Positions 1-15,200 of a stretch of DNA of 64,000 bases are shown here, in pieces. Under the pieces are notes generated by a model. It was not told where the DNA came from. It worked only from the letters and a program-made list of their open reading frames with translations, and ran no database searches. Source of the stretch: Chrysomallon squamiferum (Eukaryota; Animalia; Mollusca); the NCBI GenBank assembly GCA_012295275.1, contig CM022665.1:26784001-26848000 (forward strand), read 5' to 3'. Each line of letters starts with the position of its first letter. Within the stretch, counting starts at the first letter, position 1. A program made the translations under genes and the position numbers.

Positions 1-3000
1 ATTTCTGATATTAGACAATGATTTTAGCCATATTTTTATTCATTAAAAGATCGCAATAATCACCATTTTGTCGTATTTACCTTTGTTTGACACCTAATAG
101 CCAATATTTTTTGTGGGGGGCTGGGGTGATGTTAAACATTCGTTCTTTCATTAAAAGATTGTTTTTTGCAGCAGTTGTTTGGAATGATATTTGAACTTGC
201 AATAACTATTATTTTTATCAATTATTTTGAAATGATGGGGTTTTGTCTATCTGGCTATGATGGTTTCCATCCCTGTTTTAATTAATTTGATGATTTGTAT
301 GTGGATAGGCCTGATGTAGTTTTACAAAAGCAACTTTGTATTTTTGACAGTGGTGTGTATTTTCTGACAGCACAATTTCAGGATATGTGTTAATATGACA
401 ATTACCTATGATGGCCTATCACTTACCAGAGGAAGTTATTACTACACAAAATGCCATTTTCTTGTACAAGATGATGAGAACATTTTACTTCACACAGTTA
501 AAACAAGCTATGAAATGTGATTGCATAATGTTGTATTGTCTGGTAAACAAGTTAAACTGTATAATAGCTTTTTGTGTGTCTGTGTGTGTGTTTTTCTTTT
601 TGGTTTTCTAAAATAACAAATTTGATTAGTTGTAATTAATATTAATAACAGTGGTTAAGTTTTAGCTTGAGAACTAAACCATCTTTCTTGTTGATTTTTG
701 TTTACATTTACTGATGTAAACTGTGTCTGAGACTGCTGTAAATTAATTCAAATAATTATGTTGATAATTATTTAAAGATAAAAATAATAAAACTATTCAG
801 ATCTTTTTTAAATCAGAATCAATCATTTACAGAGGTATTGGAATATGTTTAAATGTAGATGTTAAAGTTCATTTTATTTATTATTGTTATTAGTTTTGCA
901 GTAAATGCATTTGAAGTAGTTGTTTGGAATGAAAATATTTTTGATGTGAGTTTGATGATCATGGATGGCTTCTGTAATGTCATATCTTTTCCTAGTAACA
1001 TATACATATGTGGTATATCACAAACACATATCATTTGAATACCTGATTTCCTGGGTGCTTTTTAAAATTTAAACAATAATATACTTGTTTTTGAACAATT
1101 TTATTAGTGTGAGTGTGTGTGTTATTGTGTGTGTAGATATGTAAGTATGTGTTTCATATATATATATATATATACATATACACACACACATTACATTTTC
1201 AGTTCAAAATAAATAGATATCTAACTTTTGCAATTATTTTGAAAGGTAACAACTGCTTCTTTGGATACCAGAACATAATTATATTAAAAAACAACAACAA
1301 TTTTATTTCTTAATTTTTCATTCAGACAACATTCTGGCAGTAAATACAAAAATCTTAGACTATAGACATGCTTCATCTGAGTAACAACAGATGATAAAGT
1401 ATTTTTCATGCTGGAGTGTTGTTAAACATTCTTTTATCCATTCAATCTGAAGTGTTGAATTGCAGTATTGTAAGCCATGACTATTGTATGTCAGGTATGA
1501 AATTTGGTGGTCTTGCGTTTTCCAAGCAGTTAGCATATTTTCAGCAGATTTCCTATGTAACTGTTTCCATTCATCTGTCTGTATATTGTTTTTGTTTATT
1601 AAGTTTTATATAAATTTGCCTTTTTTTTTTCTTCCTATTATTTTCTAAATTTAATTTAATTTGATTACTATTATTTATTATTATTATTATATTTGTGATA
1701 TATGTAACACCCCAAAAAATGTTTTATGGGTTTACTCTTTCTCTTACTTGAATATATCGGTTTCTTTTATTTATTTATATATTTTTTTTTCTTTTCTTTT
1801 CTTATCAGTTTATATTAGAGAACTATATTTTATCATTGTAAAGAAGATTAAACATCTTACTTTCTGTACAGTAATTATTTCATAGCAGTTCTGTGGAGAT
1901 TGACAGTAATTGCATGGCCATATTTAGAAACTTATTAAACTAAGCTCAAGCAAAAAGATGTAATTACTGATAGAGATCGATCTTATTAGCAATCACAATA
2001 ATATGTAGATTATAGTACATTCTATGACTTTTCCAATATTCTTTTTTTTTTTTTTTTTTGCGTGTGTGTCTTTTCAGGTTTTTAATCCATATTTGCTTCA
2101 GTTAATATATGTTAAATGAAAATACATTACTGTACAAAAGATTTACATGTTTTTTATTTTTTTTATCATCATCTTCTTTTTCTTCATTAAATCCATAATT
2201 AAATAATTAGTCTTACCCAAACTTGTTATACTGTTAACATGATTTGAAATGGAAAAGTACATTTATTGCTTAAAAACTACTGACCTGAAAAGTCTGAAAA
2301 CAGCTAGGATGACAAAGGTAATTTCTGTCATGGGTACAATATCCTTTGTTAGTATATTCATGACTGACAACTGTATAAATTAAACTCTTTGTGGAGATTT
2401 GTTCTGTAATATATCTCAGAATCTGAAACCATTTTGTATTTTGATAAAACGCAACTTCAAAATTTATGGTATGTGTATACCTATTAAAATGCCTTGTCAG
2501 CAATTTATCTAATTTGGGTAGAGGTTGGATTCTGAAATTATGTTCAGATATATGTTTATTTAGGTTTTATTTGTTTGTTTATTGTTGTTGTTTTATTTTT
2601 GTTTTTGTGTTTTTATAATTTTATTATTGTGACATTAAAACTCTTGGCATCTATTGGCTCCCTTCTGCTAAGGTCATTAAAGTTTATGATTTGTTTTGAT
2701 TATTTAATTCTTTTATCTAATGAATTTATTTCAGTGGACAGATTAAAAAGCAAGTTTTCATTATCTTTTTCCAGTTCATTATTAACATGTTTTTGTTTTG
2801 TTTTTTGAAATAACACTTTCATTTGTTTCTGTTTTTCTATTTTTCCATACACATAACAAAAAAGAAAGAAAGCAAAAGAAAGAAAAATAAAAATAAAATC
2901 CATAAGCTTGTCCAAAAAAAATTAGTAGTTTTGAACCTGACCATAAAAATGTTAAAAAAAAATAAAAAATGATGATGATGATAATAAAAGAGAGAGAGAA

Positions 3001-5281
3001 AGAAAAGAGAGAAGATAAAGAAAACTATTGATATCCTGATATCTGACTAAATTGACTAGCTTTAAGCCTAGTCAACTATAATTATTTTTGGTCACAGTCC
3101 AATGATTTTCATATTTAATTAAGATAAGTTTTCACTGAAATAAATAGTGTGTAACATTTATTATATTATCTTTCTAATAGTTAAACACAGAATATGCTTT
3201 GTTGGTGTTTATGTTGAGTAGGTATAATCATCATCAACCTAGATCTACTTTGGCCATCACACACACATACACACTAAAATCTTCATGATCTAGCAGTATA
3301 AAAATATAATTTAAATATGTATTTTTGTTTGTTTGTTTGTTTTGTATTTGTTTTTCTTAAGTAATTTCTACACTTCTTCTTTAATATTTATTTTTAAAAT
3401 GCTGCTTCAGTTTTCTTGAAATAGGCAGGATTATCATACAAGTAATCACCAAAGAGTAAATAATTTTTTTAAATGTTTTTTAAATTTTTTATTTCATGCA
3501 TCTCTTTGGTTTATTAAAGACTTTATTTTCCTTGAAGTACTATTGCAGAAAATTTATAAAACATTTTTTTAGGAACAAGCTTTGTAGAGTAAATGTAAAA
3601 TGTCACAAACGCTACAAACATCAATATACCTACACAGAAGCTATTCATCAAACGATACATCTTACATTAAAGAATTAACATTTCTTTTATCTGAAGAAAG
3701 ATGAAGAAAAACAAAAAGGAAAACAAAAAAATAAAAATAAAGCAAACACTGATCTCTGATGTTTATTATTATCTGGTTGTTGTTTTTTGTTGGTTGGTTG
3801 GTTGGTTTAAAAAAAATGTTTTTGTTACTAATTTTATTACTACAACAAGTATGCATCATGTCATACTTCAAGTCATGCAGCTGTGTAAATTACGTTCTCA
3901 TGTGTGAAGCTTGTCATCAAGAACAGATCACGAGAAAAAAGATCATTCTACAATACAGCTGAAGTGTTTGTTCACATTTTTGTATTATTCATAGAGTTAA
4001 TTTGTTTGAAGTCACACAAGGTAAGAAAAAAAACCCAAAAAAACAAAAAACCATTTATCTCAGTCCTAATTACTTCAGGTGTAAATGGCATCTTATGCAA
4101 GCTTGAACTTGTTTATTCCTTGTAAAAATAGTCATGGGTGGATCTAGCATATTGTCCTTTGACTGAGCAAGCTTTGATATTGTTAGGTTTGGAAAAATAA
4201 ATTATTTGAAAATAGATCTCACTGCTTTTCTGTCACACCTTGAATTTAACAGTATACCAGATAATTTTCATATCGCTTACAAGGACTTACTAGAAAATTC
4301 TAGCTGATAACAGATCAGCTATATATACATTGTGATTGTGACCAGCGAGCAGTAAATAATTAATGAGATTTCTTAAGTTACTGTATCATGAAAATAAAAT
4401 ACTATTGCAGGTTGAGTCCTTTTGTATGGAAGAGTGAATTCTTGGTGCAGTTAAGAAATGTTATAGGTTGCATCATTTGAAAAGTCTGTTAATGTTGTAC
4501 TAAAAAATATCAGAATATATTTTTTGTGGTATTCTGTTTCTTTCATCTCATACTTTTTTTCTTTTTTTTTAAATGACTGTATTCATTTGAATCAACATCC
4601 TGTTGCCTTGTTATTTATCAGATTGTAATAGTTTATCCAGCATCTTGAATTTTTATAGATTAGGAAACAAGTAAATGAAATTGGAGGCATATACTTCATT
4701 TAACCTTATGTAAACCTTATTTACTTTTCCATTACATGAGTCAGAGTTAATGTTCATTCTTTATATTACGATAGCTTGATATCAGTCGGAAGTCATAAAG
4801 TAGATAGGAGCAGACTTTAAATAGGATAATATTGTTGCAGAGCATGAGATGTTTGTAACAAAGAACAAAATAACACATCAACAATAGTCACACTAACATT
4901 TTGTAAATTTGAATAGCAGATCTTTAATCTTTATATTTAAATTGTGAATAAATATTGCTTTTAATTATTTTATTTACTTGTGTTGTCAAAGTAAATAGAT
5001 GTTGTTCAAGATTCCATAATAATTGTCTCAAATTATTTCATTAGAGATAATTCACTTATTTAATTGGATATTATTGAACGAATATATCACAGTTTAATCT
5101 TGCCTAGTCTTTAAAGGCCAGCTGTTAATTTACAAGCATATTTCTATAAAGATTCTTAAAATATCCATACTTCATTATTTTTTATGATAAAAATTAACAG
5201 GATTTTAGGAACTAATAAATCATTTATTTTCAGAATTTAAATATTAATTTATTAATTGATAAACATGTTAGTTTTAATACC

Positions 5282-5314
<33 letters not shown>

Positions 5315-5512
5315 GAGGGGGTTCATTTGTTGAAAAATTACCCAATTTAGTGGGCTTATTATTTTTTTTCATTTGCTGTTATAAACTAGAAGGCCATAAA
5401 ATATTTTGGGTAAAGCTGTAGAAGACATGAAAAATGATAGAAACTGTCTTGTTTGTATTGTGTTAAAAAATCAGCTTTGTGTTTAGTAATGTGAATGTTT
5501 GTTATTATGTAG

Positions 5513-5676
5513 AAGATGATGATGATTCTGACATTGAAACCGAGGAGGACCTTCTGGGCAAACGACTAGAACAGCTCTACCCAAAAGCTCTGGAAGGATT
5601 CATCTTCATCCTGTCTAAGGATGCTGATATCATCTACCTATCTGAGAACGTTGTCAAATACCTTGGAATCCCACAG
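5513..5676 (+). CDS. HIF1A: HIF-alpha exon, start of PAS-A
   Basis: tag|aag NAGNAG acceptor, [34 protein letters not shown], donor cag|gttagt. Confidence 0.93.
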
Positions 5677-8239
5677 GTTAGTACACAAAAGCTGAATTTT
5701 TTATATGAGATTTATTGGCATGTTACTGTAGGCTATTTATTATGTGTAATCAGTAATATGCAATTTCAGTTGTGAGACCATCTAAAGGTGCTGTGATTGT
5801 TAAACATTTTTTGTATTATTCTTGAATTTTTCTTCTTGTAATCTCATCAGTTACTTGTTAAACAGCTATTCAGTGGTTGAGTGTCATTTTTTTTTCTTCT
5901 CCTTATCATTTTCTGAGTAGTAAGGAGTATGTTTATATCATAGACATTTCTGTTTTATATCTCTTTAATACCTCCAGCTAATACTTTTTTTCTTCTTTTT
6001 TTTCATTCTTAAAAACAGATTGAACTAATGGGACAAAGCCTTTATGAATTCTCTCACCCTTGCGACCATGAAGAAATTCGTGACATGCTTTCGGTACGTG
6101 CAAGCACACATAAGTCAAAAGGCACTGAAGAAAAGGTTTTCTTCATCAGACTTAAGTGCACACTTACAAGCAAGGGACGCAATGTCAATCTTAAATCAGC
6201 AACATACAAGGTAAGATATATAAATATCTGAGGATCTTTAACACTAAAGTTTGATATATTTTTTAAAAATATATCTGAAATGGCTGTTTTAGTTATTTCC
6301 TTGATGGTAGGTTTTGAAATGTAAAAAAACCCCAAAAGCCCAGCTAAACAACAGTTTAATGGCAGTCTTAAATCAACAGTATACAATATATGTATAAGAC
6401 TTTTAAAAAATTATATCTGAAATAGACATATTGGACGGTTCCTGTGATAAGCTTCACTAATGATGATGGGTTTTAATGAGGGTTTTTTATTAATAGCTTT
6501 TACAGATTATTAATATCACTAGTTGACTGATTTGTACAGTTTTTATACAGTTTATAACAATCTAATTTTCCATTGATCTTTGCTGCAAAGGAATGAATAG
6601 TGTTCTTGTGAGAGAATGATAGTTGTTCCTTTTTTTAGAAATTTAATTTTTTTTTTTAATTAAGTTTTATTAAATCAGAATTAACAACACATTTAAATTT
6701 CTGTTTTAACTGAACTTGATTCAAATCCACCCCTACCCCAAATTTATTTTTGTTAAAATAAAAAGTGCATGTAAAGATTTCAGAGTTAATTACCCTTTGT
6801 TTTCAGATATCATAGGCTTAGAAGGTAATGCTACAATAATGAATCCCTGAATCACTGTAGAATATATAACCTTTAGATAATGCAGATACTTTGAAACAGA
6901 CTACTTAATAAATCCATACCATCATCTTAAGTAATTTATCTCAAATCGATTTTCAAGTTCTAAGAGCATTGGTTTAATTGTAACTAAATTTTTTTTTAAA
7001 GACATCCTAATGCATCATTTGCAATACCTATTTCTTTCATTTTTTTATTTTTATTTTTTACTTTTTTATTTTTTTTTGATGCTTCATAAAAGTTGAGCAG
7101 TTTGAAAAATTATTTTCTCAGGTATAAATCTCAAGCTTCAATTATTTAATGATCATGGTATTTCAAAATAAGTGTTGTTTGTGTTCTCAAATACTATTAA
7201 AGATCTTTATTAATTTTTTTTAAATTAAAACTATATTCCAGCCTTTGCCCTACAGGCAGTTTAATAAAATTTATATACAAACTGTAACATGTATCAACAC
7301 AAGATTTTTTGGTCTAATTATTAAGAATAGCCTTTTTGGTTGGCAGCTCTGGATTTCTTCAGTTTTGTCAATATTATACAAAAACCACATGCTTTGTAAC
7401 TAACACAAATACATTAGCAAAGACAAACACACATACATAAACTGTAAATTCCAGTCCAACTGTACTGTGTGAACTTGATGAAAGTTCAAACTTTTTTGTA
7501 ATCTTGACTGACTGTGATAAATGTTAAAAAATAGATGAGGTGAGCTAACCTTGATTTTTGGTTTCACAACCTCTGCAGCAAGGTTAGACATTTCACGTAC
7601 ATCTGCATGCTGCAGGGTTTGACAAGTGGTACATTACACCACCATGTGGATGATAGAGCCAGGGTTCCCATCACATATATCCACACATTATCAGCAACAC
7701 GGCCACTAGTTCTTCTCTTATTATCACTGACATCTGATTTACACAGCCAGATGTAAGAATCTGCAATACAACACTGTGTTTGTTCATAACACTTCCTTAC
7801 ATTTACTATCTAATGATGTCAGAAAGAAAAAGAAATCGATAACAAATAAAATATGACTCATAATTTATTTTTAAAACATTATTTTTTTTTTAGTTCCTGA
7901 ATCACATTTTTTCTCAGATTCTCTATGAGGACATTGTGAATTTTGTTATGTAAAATGTTAGTTCATTCTTATCTTTAAATCTTACAGTTTTTACAATGAT
8001 TTATGTATGCATATAAAGATAAATGAGTTTGCATTTTGAAATTTATGCATTAAACAGAATAAGAAGTATTGTTCATCTGACATTTATCATTATTTATGTC
8101 AAATAATTTCTAATTGGTAGCATCCTACTAATAGGGTCTATTTAAGAATATTTCAGGTCTTGTTGGTAGGAATAGCCCAGTGTTTTAATGTTACCTAGAT
8201 AGTTGTACCTGAATCTTGGTCATAAATATATGTATGTGT

Positions 8240-8282
<43 letters not shown>

Positions 8283-9215
8283 CTTACATCATACAGACAC
8301 AATCTGTTACAAGTGATAGATAATCATCCATTAGTTATTGTGGGTTTTTATTTATGACTAATAAAGCAATGATGTTCATCAAAGGATGTTAAGTTATTGA
8401 AATCTGTTTGATATTTTCTTCTACAAAAACCACATTGTTTTGAAAAACTTCTATCTGATATATAATGCAATTACATCACATATAAAGAGTTTTATAGCTT
8501 GTTTTATTGTGTGTGTGTGTGTGTGTGTGTACATATATGCATCTTTATACCTATTTGAATGAGAACATGTTTTTGTACAAATGACATCAAATTTAAAGAG
8601 ATTTATATTTTTAATTTGTATATTTATAAATTCTTGTGTAAATGTCTGTTTACTTATTTATTTGTGTGTATGTGAACATATTTTTTGTATTTTTATAATG
8701 CGTTATTGTCCATGGATGCCTTGTACAAAATTGTAATTATTATAACTTCTTCATTTCAAGGTGGTGAAATGTACAGGACACCTGGTAACAGAACAGAAAG
8801 GAGGCAAAAGAATGGATGGCCTTGACTTGTGGCCATATCTGTTGTCAGTGGGTGAACCAATCCCACATCCATCCAATATTGAGGTGCCTCTGGACAGCCA
8901 TACCTTCCTTAGCAAGCACAACATGGACATGTCCTTCACATATTGTGATGAAAGGTAATAGTGATGTGTATCACCTACATTTAATCCAGTAGAACAGACA
9001 ATATAATACACATACTGACCACAAGCATCACTTAAAATTTAAAACAGATTATTTCCAACAGGACATTATTTGAAATACTGAATTAGTGTTATAAGATAAG
9101 GTAGCATTTAATTAATATTTAACTATTAAAAATAAATAGCAAAATATGTCAGTGTTAAAAAAAAAAATCTTGTTTCTTAACAAACCACCTGGTATTGACA
9201 GTTACTTAAAAAAAT

Positions 9216-9254
<39 letters not shown>

Positions 9255-12200
9255 ATATATTTTACTGTATCATGAAGTTCAAAGTATACAATATATTGAG
9301 ATAAAAGAACAATACTGGAAGTAAAAAAAAAAAAAAAAAAAAAATTATCTTTAACCTGAAAATGAACTTTGTACAACTCAAGTAAGAGGAGCTTAGCTAA
9401 TTTTTGTTATCCATTTTCAACAGAGAAAGATAGGGTTTCAGCTTAAATGTCATCATAGAAGTATAGGAATTCTGCAAATACAGTATCATATTCCCCTCTA
9501 GCATGTGACAAATAAAATTCTTAGCCTAGACAAAATTTGCAGAGAAAGTGTATTAGTCTTGAAATTGCTTCACATAATCTGTGACACACTGGGGGGAGGG
9601 GCGTAATTGTGTGTTAAAAGTGCAATCAGTGATGTTTAGTAAGACTTTTTTAAAAAGAAGAAATGATTAAATTTAAACAAACAAACAAAAAAGAACAAAA
9701 AAAAAAAACCTCACCTGTTTTTGTTAATCAGAAAATATTTCTTATTACCAGTAAATAAGGTGGTTCAGATGAACTAAAGGGAGTAACTTCCCTTTTTCCC
9801 ATTTAGTAATGATGTTGGGGTTGTTTTTTATTAAATATTTTCAAAACATATTTGTTGTTGATCTTCTCTGGATACCACAAACCCTTTAATGATTTTCTTT
9901 TCTGATGCTCTACATTCATAATAAATCTGCAGTTTTAAAAATTATCTCTTTCAGCAAATACCCTTTTTTTTTTTCTCTTTTTTGGTGAAATACTCTTCAT
10001 ATGATTTAATGTCAAACATTATTAGAATATATTTGATTATTATATTGATACACTAAAAGAATGAATTAGGATTAAAACAGATTTCAACGATTTATGATAA
10101 CAACAACAGTTTAAACCTAATTATAGGTTGATTGTTTTTTTTGCTTATCTTAATGATACAAGATAATTATTAATCAATAGTGATATCATGAATTAGAAGT
10201 TTTTTCTGTTTTCTTTATGTTCACAGTGACATTTTAGAATTATTAATTATATATGATTTAAATTAATTTGAAAATTTAAGTTGGAAAATCAATAATTAGA
10301 TTATGTGGAAATATTTATTATGATAATGCTATGTCTCAGATATTACATTGCAGTGTTGAATTTAAATTCAGTTTTTGTAATCATCATTTGCAGTTTCTCA
10401 TTACCTTGAACTACAGTCAAAGCCTGTTAAAAATTTGTTAATAAATCATCAACATACTGATTTACTGACAATTTTTTTATTTATAGCAATCCTTTTTAAA
10501 CAAATCAGTACACACACACACAGAGATAACTCAAGCATTTATTTGTCAAAGACATAGAGCTGTTGAGCTGAAGGTCTGGTCACAGTTTAACTCCTATATA
10601 AGTTAGTAATAATGAGTAATAATGACCTTTGAATAACCAAATATCGATATGTTGAAAACCTGTATTTACTCAAATTAGTTTATGGTCCCTGACTACAGAT
10701 CTAATAGAAATTAATCTTTGAAAACCTTTGGAATGGTCCAGCTATTGTTTCTCTTGGTAAATACAGAACAATGGGTTGTTAAGTGGGAACAAAATATACA
10801 TGCCTCCATCTGTTTTTACAGTGTCTTTACATAATACATAACTGCAGACAGACTTCAAGAACTTTTGTACTTAAGTGATAAAGTTCACCGATTGATGTTT
10901 GTTTTGCTTACAAACAAGAGTATTGTGTCAAATACACAGTCTGCTATTTAAATATCCATTAGTATTTACACAACGAGTTTGTGTGGCATGAAAGACGATT
11001 TATTTAAGAAACCATGCAAACAGTTTTTCATTAGTAACTTTTTGGGATACTGATATTCTGAACTGATGATTTTTAATGTTTGTTAATTGTCATATACATG
11101 GCAGAAATAATACATATAACTAGATGTATCAGTTACTAACCAAATTGTAGTGTCTTTTTTTGTAGAATGTTTGCAATTTAAAATGGTTTTATCATGTATG
11201 TGTATGTAATTTTAAATATTTGTACTGTACATCTAGTGTTATTAAAACATCTGTATGGACTGATTATGTTCTGTCAAGTTTAGAAATCTGAAAATACATG
11301 AAGTTGATATTTATTTCCATCTATAGGATTTACTTTATGTTTTTGGTAATGTATGTACATGCATTCAGGGAGTGCACTTTACAGTCACCTGATGGCCCAT
11401 GGTGGGTCAAAGTAGCATCAGGAAAGACAAAAATTAATCACACATTGCCCATCTCGTATTATGTATCAAAATGCAAATAACTAATGTTTTTAAGACACTG
11501 GGAACTTATTTTTTATTCATTGTTTTTTATTGGCTCCTATTATTATTTATGCAACTGAATCCATATAGGACATAATAACGACCACTTCCCTAGTCTATCA
11601 GACAGTCTAAAAGTATTCAGAAAAACTCAGCCATGTAAACTTTTTCATAGGTTCAGTCATGATACCTCTGCCCTATCTGTCTTAGGCACCTGAGGCTTTT
11701 TGAAATTACATTATGTTGAAATGTTTTCATTTCTTAAAGAATATGAGAAGGCTACAGTACCAGACACCCAATCATCACTGCAACTGTAGTCAACAAAAAA
11801 TATATATGTGTGAGTGTTGTGTGAAATTCAAATTAACTGAACTCTTGATAGGTGACCTATCAACAAACAAGTTGTTGTTCATCTTTTTGCATGTGCCTGC
11901 ATCCTGTGAACAAGTGTAGCTTACATGTAATGCCATTAAGGTGGAATATGTTATTGGTCACTACATCTTTTTGATCATAAAAGCACTTTATTCATTCCAA
12001 GCCTTGGTAAAACATCCAGATGTTTGACTGGATGGACCCCTTGACTACATCATAATTTATTTACAACAGTTTTTATTAAAACTAAAACAGTTCTGTTTCC
12101 TTCTGTTGTGTTGTTATTACAGTTTTTAATATGTTATAACATGTTTTTAAAGAGCAATTTAATTTAAAAAATAAATTAATTAATGAGCCATTAAAAAGTT

Positions 12201-15200
12201 CTACAGGCAAGTCAGAGTGTTGTTGTGAATGGCCCGATTGGCAAGTCAAAAACAAATCCCAAATGCATACCCTGTGCATGTATTGTTTGTTTTTGGTATT
12301 TTATATGCCTTTTATTTATTTTGTTATTTACTCAGTTTACAACATACGACACATACAGTACTCGTCCATTGTAACCACAGCAAATATAAAAAATTCTAAT
12401 ACTTGAGCACCCTGAAACTCAATCTGTGTTTTCTGACCCCTGATACATTATTAAATGTGCACAATAGTCACTGAAATTTAATTTTGTACCAAATATAGAG
12501 AGTGAAATAAAGCAGTGTGTGAAACATGCATAGCAGTTACCTAATAAAATGTTCATTGATACAGTATATATTGATCAACAAATATATTTATCTTGGACTT
12601 TATTAATGTGATATTTTTCTTTCAGAATTGAGGATCTGATTGGCTACAACAGTGAAGAACTGATTGATAAATCATTGTACAATTACCATCATGCTCTGGA
12701 CAATGAGATTGTTGAGAAGGCTTACAAGGACTGTAAGTGGACAAGATGTTTCTTGTTTATTGATTGGTTGTACAAAAGTGTCTTTCGTGCTTTTAAAAAT
12801 AGTCCTAAGATTTATGTTTATAAAATAGTCTTAAGATTTATGTCATGTAATACTTTTATTATTATTCTTCTTCAGTGGCTGTTTTGTTAATGCAAAGGTG
12901 TATATTTATGTGACAGGTTCAGTTTTCTAACAGCAGTAGTAATTTATATTCTTACATTTTATTTTATTATTATTATTATTATTGTTATTGTTATTGTTAT
13001 TGTTATTGTTATTGTTATTATTATATTTTTAAACAGCTTTTAAAAATTAAAATTTGTTTTTTGTCAGCTTCATTAATAATTTATTTTTGAAGCTGTATTT
13101 TGTGTATCTGTTTTTATCTGAATTACACAAAGCAAGAAAGACTTCAGAATTGTTCCCCTTTGTTCACTGGAATTATTATTATTATTTTCTTTTTATACAT
13201 AATTCTGTTATCAGCTGTATGTGATTGCTTACAAATCTGAAGTGAACAAAAGTCAGTTAAACACTTTGAATAGATTTTTTTTGTGTTGATTACATTATTT
13301 GTAGGGAAATTCAAAACTGCAGTTTGAAAAACAAAACCAAAATCCAGTAAAAAAACCCTGTATACTTTGGAATGTTGTTTATATCTTTGTTTAAGCACTG
13401 ATATCAGATTCTGTTTGAAAAATTTGTACATGTCATTTTATTTACTCACTTTTTTATAAAAAGAATGTTAATAATATTTGTGCTATTTTCAAAAATTATT
13501 TTATAATGTATTCTTATTATTAAATGTTGAAGGGAGGTAAGCAGCACAGTGGATTGACTTAACAAATCTTAATGCTGATTTATGTGAATCTGTATTTGTT
13601 TTTAATAAAAAGAAATAAAAACAAAATTCAGAAAAATCTTTTCCTAATAGGAATAATTACAAAAATTAAAAATATATTTGAAATGAGTAATGTATATTTA
13701 ATGAAAATATTGTTAAAGATTTTACCGAATTGATCCTGCGCAAATGAAAGATAATTTGGTTGTATGTGTGTCAACGCTGCATATATATTTAATAAATTGT
13801 TTTATTATTCAGTGTTTTCCAAAGGACAAACAATGACAGGACAATACCGCTTCCTGGCTAAGGGAGGAGGCTATGTGTGGGTAATCACGCAAGGGACAAT
13901 CATCTACAACAGCCGCACTCAGAAACCCCAGTGGGTGGTCTGTGTCCATTACATCATGAGGTATGTGTCACTTTCAGTTATATTTTATTTCATTTAGGTA
14001 AAGAAAATCCATCTATCTTTATAGCTTTTTAACTTACTGAAATACTGCAATTTCCATATCATTAAACAAAATTTTTTCAACAGAATTTTTCTGTAACAGA
14101 ATTGATATACTTATTACGAAACTATAGATTCATTAATAATTAGTACACAGCAAATGTTTGATGGTTGTTCTCTTAAACAATTAATAATAATAAAATAAAA
14201 ACACAAAAAAACAATCATCATCATTTCAAAATATAAGATTCAAAATTAATGTTGTATTAATTCTTTTGAAAATCGATTTTACACAATATTTGTTTTAATT
14301 AGAACTAAAATTTCAACCTCGATTGGCTTTACTTTAAAATGATGTAAACTTATTTCCTGAAATTGGATTTTAAACGTTTGTTTTCAGGATCTGTTAGGGA
14401 ACTGAAAACTTAATTTACATTAATGTTTTATAGACAACACAAAATATTCTTTATATATATGTATATATATATTTTAAATATTAAAATGAAAATAATTTGT
14501 TCCTTACTTCAGTGCTGTTGAAGACCGAGATACAATATTGTCTGAAGTACAGCTTCCAACACCTAAAGAACTACTGCCATTCAATGTAGAGTTGGTCACT
14601 GACAAGGTTTTTGCACCAAAACCAAAAGACATGGACCAGGGATTCTACCTTCCACCAGACCTCAAAAACTCTGTCACCTGTAAGTTGAAAGTACTGGAAC
14701 AAGAAATGTCATTAAAATAATTTAATTTTTTGTTCATCTGTTTTTTAGTTTATTAATTGTTTTTTTAATTTTGTTGGTTTTTTTGTTTTTAATTTAATCA
14801 AAAAGAAATTAGAAATGTATTTTAATAGAAAAGCCCATTATTTTGAGAAATAATTGTTAATTCAATTAATTTTTTTTTTTTTTTGTTATTTTAAAAATCA
14901 TATATGTTTTTAATATTTAATTTTATTCTTAATAAAGTAATGTGAACACGACTTAATTTCAGACATATCTTTGATTATTATTATATTTTGATGTATAATT
15001 TATTTATTTAAAAAATAATTAAGAAAGTCACTGGTAGCTTAGATGTTACTCTTAGATGGGTATAATAATTTTTGTACATGTGTTTCTTTGTTTAATTTTC
15101 AGTGGTGGAAGAACCAGAAGATCTGAACTACCTGGCACCAAATGCTGGCGAGGGATGTGTACCACTTGCCTTCCCTACTTTGGAGCAAGGTGAGTACTTT

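Noticed and set aside
1-5500. Short ORFs and a possible bHLH exon of HIF-alpha
   Set aside because: No RDAARxRR-type bHLH sequence found. The ORFs are low-complexity intronic translations.
6054-6386. Minus-strand ORFs overlapping exons (also 8751, 15333, 39063, 46629, 48946)
   Set aside because: Antisense shadows of real + strand exons with no independent splice or domain support.
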